A stretch of DNA of 64,000 nucleotides, taken from the NCBI GenBank assembly GCA_947501605.1, contig CANMWZ010000001.1, forward strand, positions 64,001 to 128,000, given 5' to 3'. The stretch comes from Planctomycetota bacterium. GTDB taxonomy: Bacteria; Planctomycetota; UBA1135; UBA2386. Under the pieces are notes generated by a model, which was not told the DNA's origin, ran no database searches, and saw only the letters and a program-made list of their open reading frames with translations. This document shows positions 38,851 to 48,619 of the stretch, in pieces (position 1 is the stretch's first letter; each line of letters opens with the position of its first letter). The position numbers and the translations under genes are program-made.

Positions 38851-41800
38851 GCCGCATCCAGGATCCGACTGCGTCGCCCGCCGCACCAACACAAGTGCGC
38901 CGCGGCATCATCGGTGTCTTCGTCGACCGACCGATCACGACGCTGATGATGTTCTGCGCGATCGTGTTGATCGGCGCGGTCGCACTCGATCGCCTGCCGT
39001 TGCGCTTTCTCCCGGCGGGCCTCGGCAGGAACGAGGTCAATATCTGGGTGTCCGTCCCCGGCAACATGGCGCCGCAGGAAGTGCAGGAGAAGGTCTGCGA
39101 ACCGCTGGTCGAATTGATCCGCACGATTCCAGGGCTCAGAGATGTCCGCAGTTCGGCGCAGAGCGGCGGCGGGCGAGTCACGGTCGCGCTCGACGAGCAG
39201 CTCGACCCGAGCCTCGCGTCCGGCGAGATCCGCGACCGCATCCAGCGCGTGGTGCCACTGTGGCCGCCAGGCGTCGATCGCTACTTCTTATGGAAGGAAG
39301 ACGGCGGCGCCGCGCCACTGGCGTTCGTCCAGTTGCTGACCCCGGCGCGCAACGCCCATTGGGACCATCTGGTCGACGAGGTGGTGCGACCGCGCCTCGA
39401 GTCGGTCGGCGGCGTCGGTCGTGTCGACCTGTGGGGCCTGCGCGACGAAACCATGAAGATCTGGTTCGATCGCGACAAGCTGCAAGCCGCGAACCTCGAC
39501 TTCCGCGACGTCTTGCAGCGGCTGCAGCGCGACAACTTCGCCGAACCGTGCGGCGAGCTCGAAGTGGCAGGAGGAACGCGCAGCTACCTGCTGCGCGTCG
39601 ATAGCAAGTTCCACGGCACCGAAGAGATCGCGCAGCTACCCCTGCGACCCGGCATTCGCTTGAGCGATGTCGCGGTGGTCGAACGCGTGCCCGAGGTCCG
39701 CGACAACCTGTCGCGCTACAACGGCAAGTACACCTACACGGCCATCGTCCGCGCCGGGGCGGACTCGAACCCCGTCGACGCCAGTGACGGGCTACATGCG
39801 ATGGCCGACGAACTTCGCTTGGATTCGCGCCTGCAGGACCTCGATGTCCGTTTCTTGTTCGACCAAGGCAAGTTCATCCGCGAAGGCCTGGCCAACTTGG
39901 CCAACACGGCAATCCAGGGCGGATTGCTCGCGCTCATCGTCCTCTGGCTATTCGTTCGCAATCTGGCGATGACGTTTGCCATCGCGTTGTCGATCCCGAT
40001 CGCGCTGCTGGTCGCCACCGCCTGGATGTTCTTCTCTGGCTCGTCGCTCGACATCTGCACCATGGCGGGCCTCACGTTGGCGGTCGGCATGGTCGTCGAC
40101 AACTCCGTGGTCGTACTCGAGAACGTGCGTCGCTTCCGCGATCTCGGCTACTCGGTGCGCGACGCATGCATCGCCGGCGCGCGCGAAGTCTCCCTCGCGG
40201 TGACCATGTCGACGCTGACGACCGTGGTCGTCTTCTTGCCGCTGGCGTTCATGGGCTCGCGCAACTCTCGGGCGTTGATGGGCTCCGTCGGCATCCCCCT
40301 CTCGATCGCGTTGCTGGCGAGCCTGTTCGTCGGACTGTGGTTCATGCCCTCAGGCCTGAATGCACTTGGCGGCGGCTCCAGGATTGCAGGACAGACCGCG
40401 AGCCGATGGTCGCCGCTGCACTGGATGCTCCTGCTGAACCGGGTCAGCCTCACGTGGGCACTGCGCCGCCGCTGGCTCGCACTGCTCGCGCTGATCGGGC
40501 TCGTCGCGTCAATCGCAGCTGCAGCCAATCAACTCGATTTCGCTGGCGACAGTGACGGCGGCCCCTTCAAGAGCGGCGACGTCACCATCCACTTCGCATT
40601 CCCTCGCGGCTACGACATCGACGCTGCGGAGCAGACGTTCTTGCAGCTGGAGCAGCACGCCATGGAGAACCAAAAGGCGTGGGGTGTCGAGGCGGTCGGC
40701 GGTCGCTTCGGCAGGCTGAGCGGGCGCCTCGAGTTCTTCAAGAAGATGCCGGACAAGGCCGCGACCGAAGCCCTGCGCAGTCGGATCTTGGCGAGCCTGC
40801 CGGAGATCCCTGGCGTCCGAGTACAGCTCGGCGAGCGCCAGAACGGGCGCTCTGGCATGGGCGGCAGCGGCACCAGCGAGCAAGAAAAGGACGATCGCAA
40901 CTTCGTCGTCCGTCTCTGGGGTCGCGATCCGGAGTATCTCGTCGAGCGCGCCGACGCCCTGTGCACGCGCCTGGGTGGACGCAAGGAGGTCGAGAAGATC
41001 GAAGTGCCGGCGCTGGAGAGCAACCAGGAGGTCGTCGTCGAAGTCGATCGCTCGCGCATGCAAGACCTGGGCATCGACCCAGAAGCGGTGCTCGGCACGA
41101 TGGCCAGCGGCCTGCAAGGGCGCATGCTCGGCCGCTACGAAGAATCGGATCGCGAAGTGCGCCTCATGGCTCAGTTCGACGCGCGCGACAAACCAGGCAT
41201 GCTCGAACTCAAGGACACGCGGGTGTTCGGAATGAGCGGCACGTCGCAGCGATTGGCGGACCTGTCTAAGGTGCGCATGCGGCGCACGATGCCGAGCATC
41301 GAGAGCATCGACGGTCGCGTCCAGGTGACCCTCGTCGGGCGCCGCGCCGAAGGCCTGACTTCGCGTGACATGAGTCGCATCTTGGCCGACGAACTGGCGT
41401 CGTTCCCCCTCGCCCGAGGCTACGAGTGGAGCGAGGACAGCGGCCAGCGGACGACGCAGGCGGAGCTGCTCGAACTGCTGCGCATCATGGCGCTGTCGAT
41501 CACTCTCGTGTTCCTGTTGATGGGAGTGTTGTTCGAGTCGGTGATCCTGCCGCTGTCCATCCTGGTGACCATTCCGTGCGCACTGGTTGGGGCGATGTGG
41601 TCGCTCGCTCTGTTTCAGGGCAAGATCGATCCGATGGGCATGATCGGGATGGTCATCCTCTGCGGCGTAGTCGTGAACAACGGCATCGTCCTGCTCGACC
41701 ACATCGTCCGGCTCCGGCGCGAGGGCATGGCGCGACTGCTGGCAATCCGCGAGGGCGTCGAAGTTCGCCTCCGCCCCATCTTCATGACGGCAGCGACGAC

Positions 41801-42044
41801 CTTCGTCGGGTTGCTGCCCATGGCGATCTTCGGCAATGCCAACGAAGGCGTCAGCTATGTCGGCTTGTCGATCGCTGTCGCCGGCGGACTGTTGTTCAGC
41901 ACGGTCACCACTGCCGTGGCGGTGCCGCTGTGCTACACGTTTGCGGACGACTTCATCGTTTGGCTGCGCCGCACGGTGTCGCGTCGAGCCGGTCGACGAA
42001 CGGCGACGGCCGCATCCTTCGAGCCAGGGCCGACGCCCATTTGA
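38847..42044 (+). CDS. RND efflux permease subunit 2
   Basis: RPITT, GMVVDNSVVV, GVVVNNGI, RLRPIFMT; ATGA-coupled. Confidence 0.95.
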   Translation: MSRIQDPTASPAAPTQVRRGIIGVFVDRPITTLMMFCAIVLIGAVALDRLPLRFLPAGLGRNEVNIWVSVPGNMAPQEVQEKVCEPLVELIRTIPGLRDVRSSAQSGGGRVTVALDEQLDPSLASGEIRDRIQRVVPLWPPGVDRYFLWKEDGGAAPLAFVQLLTPARNAHWDHLVDEVVRPRLESVGGVGRVDLWGLRDETMKIWFDRDKLQAANLDFRDVLQRLQRDNFAEPCGELEVAGGTRSYLLRVDSKFHGTEEIAQLPLRPGIRLSDVAVVERVPEVRDNLSRYNGKYTYTAIVRAGADSNPVDASDGLHAMADELRLDSRLQDLDVRFLFDQGKFIREGLANLANTAIQGGLLALIVLWLFVRNLAMTFAIALSIPIALLVATAWMFFSGSSLDICTMAGLTLAVGMVVDNSVVVLENVRRFRDLGYSVRDACIAGAREVSLAVTMSTLTTVVVFLPLAFMGSRNSRALMGSVGIPLSIALLASLFVGLWFMPSGLNALGGGSRIAGQTASRWSPLHWMLLLNRVSLTWALRRRWLALLALIGLVASIAAAANQLDFAGDSDGGPFKSGDVTIHFAFPRGYDIDAAEQTFLQLEQHAMENQKAWGVEAVGGRFGRLSGRLEFFKKMPDKAATEALRSRILASLPEIPGVRVQLGERQNGRSGMGGSGTSEQEKDDRNFVVRLWGRDPEYLVERADALCTRLGGRKEVEKIEVPALESNQEVVVEVDRSRMQDLGIDPEAVLGTMASGLQGRMLGRYEESDREVRLMAQFDARDKPGMLELKDTRVFGMSGTSQRLADLSKVRMRRTMPSIESIDGRVQVTLVGRRAEGLTSRDMSRILADELASFPLARGYEWSEDSGQRTTQAELLELLRIMALSITLVFLLMGVLFESVILPLSILVTIPCALVGAMWSLALFQGKIDPMGMIGMVILCGVVVNNGIVLLDHIVRLRREGMARLLAIREGVEVRLRPIFMTAATTFVGLLPMAIFGNANEGVSYVGLSIAVAGGLLFSTVTTAVAVPLCYTFADDFIVWLRRTVSRRAGRRTATAASFEPGPTPI

Positions 42045-42065
42045 CCGCCCGTAACGCCGGGCAAC

Positions 42066-43088
42066 TCAGCTGCTGCGTCGACTCGCAAGTGCGGCGCCGC
42101 AGAGTTTGTAGAGCACCCGCGCACCGACATTCGCATCCCATTCCCCGGCCCCTGGCGCGACCTCGACGAGGTCGAACCCGACGACGCGGCGACCCGACGC
42201 GACGACCACCCCGAGCAGGTGCGCAAGCTCTGCGAACGACAACCCGCCGGGGACCGGAGTGCCGGTCGAAGGACACAGAGCAGGATCGAGGCCATCGATG
42301 TCGATGCTCAGCCAAACATGGTGCGGCAAGGCTGCTAGGACCTCCTGGCAGAGCGCATCAAAGGTGACGCCACAGAACTGTCGCCGCCGCCACTCTTGAT
42401 CGAAGTGCGTCACGATGCGCCCCTGGCTGCCGTGGATCGTGCGCAGTTCGTCTTCGCTGAAGTCACGGATGCCGACCTGCACGAGCCGCGCCACGCCGTT
42501 CACCTCTTCGAGCACGTTGTGGAAGATCGATGCGTGGCTCCAGCGAAAGCCCTCGTAGGCGACGCGCAAGTCGGCGTGGGCATCCACGTGCAACACACCA
42601 AGACCAGGGAAGGCCGCCGCCGCGGCTCGGATCGCGCCGAACGGCACCGAGTGATCGCCGCCGACCACGCCGACGATCTTGCCCGCGGCGAACAACTGTT
42701 GGGCGGTGCCGTGAGCGATCGCATTGACCAGCTCGCCGGCGGCATCGATGGCCCCAATCGACTCGGCGTCCTCGGGCAGGGAGCCGCCGCGGGCGACGAT
42801 CGGTGCACACAGGTCGCGCGTCTGTTCGTGCATGACCGACAGAATCGGGTCCGGTTCGAGCATGTGGATGCCAAGCTCGTAGGCCCGCCCAAACTGGTGG
42901 TCGTAGAGATCTACTTGGCGACTGGCCGCGAGGATGGCCGACGGCCCCCGCTCCGCCCCACCGCCATAGGAGACGGTTGCTGCAAAGGGCACCGGGATCA
43001 GCACGATGGCGGCCTCGTGCTCGTCATGAGGCAGACCGAAGACGCCGGAGTCAGGCGCCGCCGCGGCGCTCGGATCGAATGCAACCAT
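42066..43088 (-). CDS. speB: Agmatinase/ureohydrolase family protein
   Basis: GGDHS, DAHAD, SIDID, TGTPVPGG, DLVEV. Confidence 0.9.
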   Translation of the reverse strand: MVAFDPSAAAAPDSGVFGLPHDEHEAAIVLIPVPFAATVSYGGGAERGPSAILAASRQVDLYDHQFGRAYELGIHMLEPDPILSVMHEQTRDLCAPIVARGGSLPEDAESIGAIDAAGELVNAIAHGTAQQLFAAGKIVGVVGGDHSVPFGAIRAAAAAFPGLGVLHVDAHADLRVAYEGFRWSHASIFHNVLEEVNGVARLVQVGIRDFSEDELRTIHGSQGRIVTHFDQEWRRRQFCGVTFDALCQEVLAALPHHVWLSIDIDGLDPALCPSTGTPVPGGLSFAELAHLLGVVVASGRRVVGFDLVEVAPGAGEWDANVGARVLYKLCGAALASRRSS

Positions 43089-43118
43089 GGCAGCCAACTA
43101 CCGGGCAAGCGGGACCTA

Positions 43119-43164
43119 GCCCAGAGAAAAGGCCCAGCAAAGGGGCCCAGCAAAGGGGCTCAGC
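43119..43164. repeat. 13-bp tandem direct repeat GCCCAGCAAAGGG, about 3.5 copies
   Basis: Units at 43119 (degenerate), 43132, 43145, 43158 (partial). Confidence 0.85.
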
Positions 43165-43389
43165 GACGGTGCGCCGTGCTCCGTCATCGCAGCCGTGTGA
43201 GTCGGCCGCGTGCCACGCAACACCAGCGCCAACCGGCTAAGGCGCACACGGGCTGCACGTGCGTGCCAGAACGGTCCACCCTGCATCCCTTCTGCGCGCA
43301 AACAGAACCGAGGGACCACCGAGGGATCGTTGTCACCTCATCGCGTGTCCCCGCATCGCATCCGCATGATGCCGAGGGCGTGCGGCGAG

Positions 43390-43475
43390 AAAAATGGCTC
43401 CCTGACTGGAGTAACTCTCTTCGGGATCGTCAGGAGGAGGGAAAGTCTGCTTCGAACCATTCCAGCCAGGGAGCC
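43390..43475 (-). ncRNA. Candidate small RNA or terminator-like long hairpin with CU-rich loop
   Basis: GGCTCCCTGGCTGGAATGGTTC pairs with GAGTTACTCCAGTCAGGGAGCC; loop contains CCCTCCTCCT; followed by ATTTTT. Confidence 0.5.
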
Positions 43476-43639
43476 TGCTCGTCTGTGCGGGTCCATGCCA
43501 CCCGCACAGGGATCTACGATGGTCGTTCGCGAAAGTTACTCAGCCGGATGCAGCAGGGATGCAGGCCTTGCGCGAGGTCGGTTGGTGCAGCCCGTGCGAC
43601 GGGCCCTTGTGCCGCGCTCCCTGGGGCCTCAATTCGTGC

Positions 43640-43668
43640 TTGAGTCGTGCGCGCTAGTCTGATGCAAT
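43640..43668 (+). promoter_or_regulatory. Possible sigma70 promoter of tRNA-Met
   Basis: TTGAGT-N17-TGCAAT ending 12 nt before the tRNA. Confidence 0.35.
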
Positions 43669-43680
43669 CCCGCGCCTTGC

Positions 43681-43757
43681 GGCAGGGTAGCTCAGTTGGT
43701 TAGAGCGGTGCCTTCATAAGGCATAGGTCGCCGGTTCAAGTCCGGCTCCTGCTACCA
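43681..43757 (+). tRNA. tRNA-Met(CAT), probably elongator
   Basis: Cloverleaf, anticodon loop TTCATAA, GGTTCAA T-loop, encoded CCA; G1 is paired and there is no GGG/CCC anticodon stem, so not initiator; Ile2 not fully excluded. Confidence 0.92.
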
Positions 43758-43811
43758 CATCATCCGGCATCGTCGGCAAACGATGCAGCGGCTGGCGCGT
43801 CATGGCGGCCA

Positions 43812-43851
43812 GCCGCATGGTTGCTGGCCGCAGGGTTGCTGGCGGCATGGT
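43812..43851. repeat. 15-bp imperfect tandem repeat GCCGCA(T/G)GGTTGCTG, about 2.7 copies
   Basis: Units at 43812, 43827, partial 43842, between tRNA-Met and the folE 3' end. Confidence 0.7.
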
Positions 43852-43893
43852 CGTCTCCACGGCACGGCAGGTCTTGAACCGCGGCGGCTGCGG

Positions 43894-44469
43894 TCACGTC
43901 CCGCGGGCGAGCTTCAAGAACTCCGTCCGAGTCCGTTCGTCGCTGCGGAACAGCCCCAAGAGGCAGCTCGTTACCGTGCTGGAGTTCTGCTTCTCGACGC
44001 CGCGCATCATCATGCACAGGTGGCGAGCCTCGACGATCACGCCCACACCCTTGGGCTTCAGGACATCCTGAATGGCATGCGCGATCTGCGACGTCAACCG
44101 CTCCTGCACCTGCAGGCGCCTGGCGTAGACATCGACTAGGCGCGCGAGCTTCGACAGCCCGACGATCTTCTTGTCCGGAATGTAGGCCACGTGCGCGCGG
44201 CCGAAGAATGGCGCCAGATGGTGTTCGCACATCGAGTACATCTCGATGTCCTTCACCAGCACCATTTCGTCGGACTCCGACTCGAAGATCGCCGTGCCGA
44301 TGACCGCCCTCGGGTCCTTCTTGTAGCCCTCGGTGTAGAAGCGCATCGCCTTCTCGAATCGCCGCGGCGTGTCGAGCAGGCCCTCGCGCTGAGGATCTGG
44401 ATCGATCTCGCGCAGGATCTGTGCGACCGCCTGCTGCATCGCGGATTCAGGGTTGCCTTCGCTGCTCAT
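43894..44469 (-). CDS. folE: GTP cyclohydrolase I
   Basis: [45 protein letters not shown]. Confidence 0.97.
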   Translation of the reverse strand: MSSEGNPESAMQQAVAQILREIDPDPQREGLLDTPRRFEKAMRFYTEGYKKDPRAVIGTAIFESESDEMVLVKDIEMYSMCEHHLAPFFGRAHVAYIPDKKIVGLSKLARLVDVYARRLQVQERLTSQIAHAIQDVLKPKGVGVIVEARHLCMMMRGVEKQNSSTVTSCLLGLFRSDERTRTEFLKLARGT

Positions 44470-44813
44470 GTATGCCTTGTAGCGACGAGCCGTAGAACGC
44501 TCCACGTCGGGGACTGCTTATCTTCGCTGCCGCGCGGAAGAACGCTGCCCTGCACGGACCATGCGACCCGGCGTCTACCGCAACCAAAAGGACGATGGCC
44601 CATAGGCCTTGCTCCAGCACGCCATGCACCGGCGCCAATGGGCGCGGGGCCTGCGCCGCCGTCCGGGATCACGTCCCTACCGCTCGGTTCGCGCGCAACA
44701 CCGAGGGCGTCGCACCGGCGAGCCGTTCCGCGTAGCCTGTGCCGACGATGTCTGCTGCGCCTCGACGATCGGCCGCTTGCCCCGCCAGAGGAGTCTGGTT
44801 CGGGCGTGCGAAC

Positions 44814-45167
44814 ATGGCAGCGTTCCTACTGTCAGCCGCAGCATTCCCTTGTGCGTGTTCCACGGTGCCGGACCGATCGTGGCCTGCATTCGACCAGCGA
44901 ATGGTGACGGCGGCCTTCGTTTGCGCCGATGGGATGCCGATCGAACTCCCCGCGTCCTCCGACCTGTTGACGGTACTGAGCCTGCAGGTCGAACCCACAA
45001 CCGCGATCGAGTTCTGGCGGGCGGGCAGACGGTTCGTGCGTCCGCCGGATGGCTGCCTGCTGTTGCGGGTCGATTGCTGCTACCGCGCCTACTCGGTGAG
45101 CGGGACCGTGCCGACTCCAGAGCAGCTCTTTCCCTCGGCCCGAGTGCAGGACAAGACGCAGCTATGA
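44814..45167 (+). CDS. Hypothetical small (lipo)protein
   Basis: ATGA overlap with the galT-like gene; signal-like N-terminus; start uncertain. Confidence 0.5.
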   Translation: MAAFLLSAAAFPCACSTVPDRSWPAFDQRMVTAAFVCADGMPIELPASSDLLTVLSLQVEPTTAIEFWRAGRRFVRPPDGCLLLRVDCCYRAYSVSGTVPTPEQLFPSARVQDKTQL

Positions 45168-46087
45168 CAGCTTCCGAGCCGCGCCCCGAGCCGCTGCTGC
45201 TGATCGACCCGACGACGCAGCGACCAATCCTGATGGCGGAGATCCGCCAGAGCCGACCGTTTCTGACGGGGCCGCGCAGCATGAAGGCCATCTGCCCGTT
45301 CTGCCCCGGCCACGAGTCCGAGACGCCACCGGCGATCGACGGCTGGCCCGAACAGCCAAGAGCTGGGCGCTTCGACGCCAGCGACTGGGATGTGCGCGTC
45401 TTTCCCAACAAGTATCCGGCGTGTCGCCACCACGAGGTCATCGCCGAAGGCAGCCTTCACCAAGAGCAGGCCGGCGACCTCGACGAGCGTACGTGGCAGC
45501 GCGTCGTTGCGGTGTGGCAGCGTCGGATCCGAGCCATCGAGTCACAGCCTGGTGTCGGGTGTGCGTTCTTGTTCAAGAACGTCGGCGCGGCTGCGGGTGC
45601 ATCGATCGCACATAGTCACAGCCAGCTGCTCGGGCTCGCCGAGCCGCCGCCGCGTCTGCGGCTCGAGCAACTCTGTGCCAGCGAACTCCCGGCCTGTCCT
45701 TGGTGCACGACTGCGGCAAGTGCCAGCAGAGAAGGCCGCATGGTGGTCGAAACCGATCACCACGTCGTGCTGGCGCCCGAACCGCCCAAGTTGCCAAACG
45801 AGACCTGGGTTCTTCCCAAGCGCTGCGACGACGACTTCCTGACGACCGATGCCGCGTCCCTTGGCCGCGCGTTGCACCAGTTGTTCATCGCCGTGCGCGA
45901 CGCGCTGTCGCGACCGGCGTGGAACCTGTGGCTTCACCGTTTGCCGGGCGCTCGCTTTCACTGGCACTTCGAACTCCAACCGCGCACCGGTCAACTGGCA
46001 GGACTCGAGCTCGGCGGCGATATGTACATCAACTCCCATCCAGCGGCTGCATCCGCGGCGCGGCTGCGCCAGCACATCCCGCAATGA
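45164..46087 (+). CDS. galT: GalT-like hexose-1-phosphate nucleotidylyltransferase (HIT superfamily)
   Basis: CPFCPGHE, VRVFPNKYP, FKNVGAAAGASIAHSHSQ, HWHFEL.PR, GLELG. Confidence 0.88.
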   Translation: MTASEPRPEPLLLIDPTTQRPILMAEIRQSRPFLTGPRSMKAICPFCPGHESETPPAIDGWPEQPRAGRFDASDWDVRVFPNKYPACRHHEVIAEGSLHQEQAGDLDERTWQRVVAVWQRRIRAIESQPGVGCAFLFKNVGAAAGASIAHSHSQLLGLAEPPPRLRLEQLCASELPACPWCTTAASASREGRMVVETDHHVVLAPEPPKLPNETWVLPKRCDDDFLTTDAASLGRALHQLFIAVRDALSRPAWNLWLHRLPGARFHWHFELQPRTGQLAGLELGGDMYINSHPAAASAARLRQHIPQ

Positions 46088-46896
46088 CCCCGACGCTGAC
46101 ACCTACGCAAGTCGAGGCCTTTCGCCGCGACGGTTGGGTCCGCGTGCAGGGCCTCGTCTCGCCGGCCGAAGTGGAGGCCCTGCGCGAAACGTACATGCGG
46201 CTGCTCCGTCGCGAGATCCCGGTCGAAGGCCGCGACTACTGCGACATGACCGGCACCTACCAGAAGGCCCTCCTGGACTACGAGATCCTCAACGTCATGC
46301 TGCCGCGCCGCTACCACCCGGCATGGCAAGGCAACGTCTACGAGCAGCGGGCAAGGGTGCTGGCACAGCAGCTGATGGGCACCGACATCGAACTCGACTA
46401 CGACCAACTGGTCGCGAAGCCGCCGAACAAGAGTGAGGCCGTGTTCCACTGGCACCAGGACCTCGCCTACTGGCCCGCAACCAGCGACACCAGCACAGCG
46501 ACGTTCTGGCTCGCTCTCGATGTCGTCACTGCCGACAGCGGTGCGCTGCACTTCGCCCGCGGTTCGCACCGCGAACGCTTCTTGCGCCCGCATCGGCCAC
46601 TGTTCGCGGACCGCGGCGACAACCACTCGCTGCTGGCGCGAATTGACGAGGCCAAGGACGTGATCGATCCAGCCGAGTTGCAACCTGGCGACTGCACGAT
46701 CCACCACGAGCGCACCATGCACGGCTCTCCAGGAAATCGCAGCGATCGCTGGCGCCGCGGCTATGTGCTCGCGTTTCGCAGCAGGTCGGCGATCGCAGAA
46801 GAGCGTGCCATGGGCTTCACCCACTCGCACAACGACGATCCGACACTGCTGGCAAAGATCGCCGAACGCACTCGAACGACTGGCGCGACGCACTGA
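46084..46896 (+). CDS. Phytanoyl-CoA dioxygenase family Fe(II)/2OG oxygenase
   Basis: FRRDGW, WHQD (HxD), distal HGS, NRSDRWRR. Confidence 0.9.
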   Translation: MTPTLTPTQVEAFRRDGWVRVQGLVSPAEVEALRETYMRLLRREIPVEGRDYCDMTGTYQKALLDYEILNVMLPRRYHPAWQGNVYEQRARVLAQQLMGTDIELDYDQLVAKPPNKSEAVFHWHQDLAYWPATSDTSTATFWLALDVVTADSGALHFARGSHRERFLRPHRPLFADRGDNHSLLARIDEAKDVIDPAELQPGDCTIHHERTMHGSPGNRSDRWRRGYVLAFRSRSAIAEERAMGFTHSHNDDPTLLAKIAERTRTTGATH

Positions 46897-46918
46897 GGCA
46901 ACTGGTAGGAAGCGCCCA

Positions 46919-47770
46919 TTGGACACCAACGAAGAGGCACGGGCCCTGCCCGGCGCACGACCACTCCAGCGCCTGCTGCGCGCCCTCCCACGGGCATTGC
47001 TATGGGCCGTGGCCTGCTGGCCCGTTGTCATCCTCGGGGTCGGCATGTCCCGGCCGCTCGAGGCGGTAGCCCTGCACCAGAGCACGATGCAGACACTGGG
47101 CGTCGCACTCCGCTGGGGCGCGATCGTGGTGCTGGCCCTCGCCGTACTCGTCCCGCCGTTTCCGGCCGGCATCCGCGTCCTGTTGGCGCGCTTGGTCGCG
47201 CGGTTGCGCGCGGACCGCGGCCCGTTCCTGCACGCCATCGGCGAGCTCCGTCATCTCGAAACTGCGGCGCGCCAGCTCGAGGCCGGCCGTGCGGCTCTCG
47301 GGGCGATGGACGCACGAGCAGCGATCCCTCACCTCGTGCGCGCACTTGCGCTCGACCCGGAATTGATCGCGGCGCGCTATCAACTCGGCCTTGCGCTGCT
47401 CGACCGCGGCGCTCTGCGGGAAGCGGCCGGGGCACTTCATCACGTCGTCGACCGCGATCCGACACACGCCTTTGGCGGTGCCTTGCTGTGGCTTGCGCGT
47501 TGCCACCAACTCGGCGGCAATCCACACGAGGCGATGGCCCTGTTTGGGCGCCATGAACGCGAGCATGGCGGCAATCGACGCAGCCACTACTGGCTCGCCC
47601 AGTCGCGAGCCGCTTGCGCGGACCGAGCCGGAGCGCACGCCGCCTTCGCAATCGCCGCAGCGCCCAGAGGCAAGCAACGGCTCAGCGCCGAAGAAGGTTG
47701 GTACCGGGCCCTTGCTCGCGTGGCGCTGTGGCGGTTTCCCGCCGCAACCACGAGGGGCGCCGCGCGATGA
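46919..47770 (+). CDS. Membrane-anchored TPR protein
   Basis: Two TMs then TPR-like helices (ALALDP…ARYQLGLAL); TTG start uncertain. Confidence 0.75.
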   Translation: MDTNEEARALPGARPLQRLLRALPRALLWAVACWPVVILGVGMSRPLEAVALHQSTMQTLGVALRWGAIVVLALAVLVPPFPAGIRVLLARLVARLRADRGPFLHAIGELRHLETAARQLEAGRAALGAMDARAAIPHLVRALALDPELIAARYQLGLALLDRGALREAAGALHHVVDRDPTHAFGGALLWLARCHQLGGNPHEAMALFGRHEREHGGNRRSHYWLAQSRAACADRAGAHAAFAIAAAPRGKQRLSAEEGWYRALARVALWRFPAATTRGAAR

Positions 47771-48615
47771 ACGAACTACTTCGACGCCTCGATGCGATCC
47801 CGGTCACGGCTCTCGTGGCCTTGGCCTACGTGTCGCTCGCCTTCCTCACCGATCCGTTCGAGCCAGCGACCGAGCAACTGATCGCATTCGGCGCCGCACG
47901 CGGTGTCGAGGTCGGCAACGGCGAGGGCTGGCGCTTGATCTCGTACGCATTCCTGCACGGCGGCACGCTGCATCTGCTGTTCAACACCTGGGCCCTGGTC
48001 TCGATCGGACCAGCGCTCGAGCGCGCGATCGGCAGCAAGTCCTTCGCCGCGATCTACCTCGCCGGTGCGGTCGGCGGCGGCGTTGTTGCCGGGCTATGGA
48101 ACTCGCCACTCGTACCGCTCGTCGGCGGCTCCGGCGCCCTGTTCGGAATGCTGGGCGCGATGCTCGCCTTGACGTGGAAGTTCGGCGGTCACGGCGGAGG
48201 CGGAATCCGGTCCCAGAACGGTCGCCAGCTGCTGTCGATGATCGCGATCAATCTGCTGATCGGATTCGTCGTGCCGATGGTCAGCAACGCCGCCCACATC
48301 GGCGGCCTGCTCGCCGGCTTCGTGGCCGCGTGGCTCGGAGTGAGGGATGCGCGTGCCGAGCGACGCCGCCTGGCACCGGCCATGCTGGCCGCCCTGGTCT
48401 TCGCTGCCGGCCTGCTGCTGCTCACGCTGCACCCAGTGCACCGCTGGGACTACCACATCCTTGCCTGGAACCGGGCCAAGACCGCGGCGGAACGCGAGGT
48501 CCATCGCCGCGCGTTCGGCCTCGCAATCGCCGACAACGAAGACATCGTGCGCGACGACGACGGCATGCAGCGCGAGTTCGACGCGCTGCAGAAGTCCCTG
48601 GCCTTCGATCGCTGA
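47767..48615 (+). CDS. Rhomboid intramembrane serine protease
   Basis: WRLISYAFLH, HLLFN, GGSG, AHIGG. Confidence 0.93.
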   Translation: MNELLRRLDAIPVTALVALAYVSLAFLTDPFEPATEQLIAFGAARGVEVGNGEGWRLISYAFLHGGTLHLLFNTWALVSIGPALERAIGSKSFAAIYLAGAVGGGVVAGLWNSPLVPLVGGSGALFGMLGAMLALTWKFGGHGGGGIRSQNGRQLLSMIAINLLIGFVVPMVSNAAHIGGLLAGFVAAWLGVRDARAERRRLAPAMLAALVFAAGLLLLTLHPVHRWDYHILAWNRAKTAAEREVHRRAFGLAIADNEDIVRDDDGMQREFDALQKSLAFDR

Positions 48616-48619
48616 CCTT

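Noticed and set aside
43089..43680. Guanidine or SAM riboswitch, SRP RNA or 6S RNA upstream of the agmatinase
   Set aside because: I could not find their hallmark motifs by eye, and the hairpin is too short for 6S; an Rfam scan is still needed
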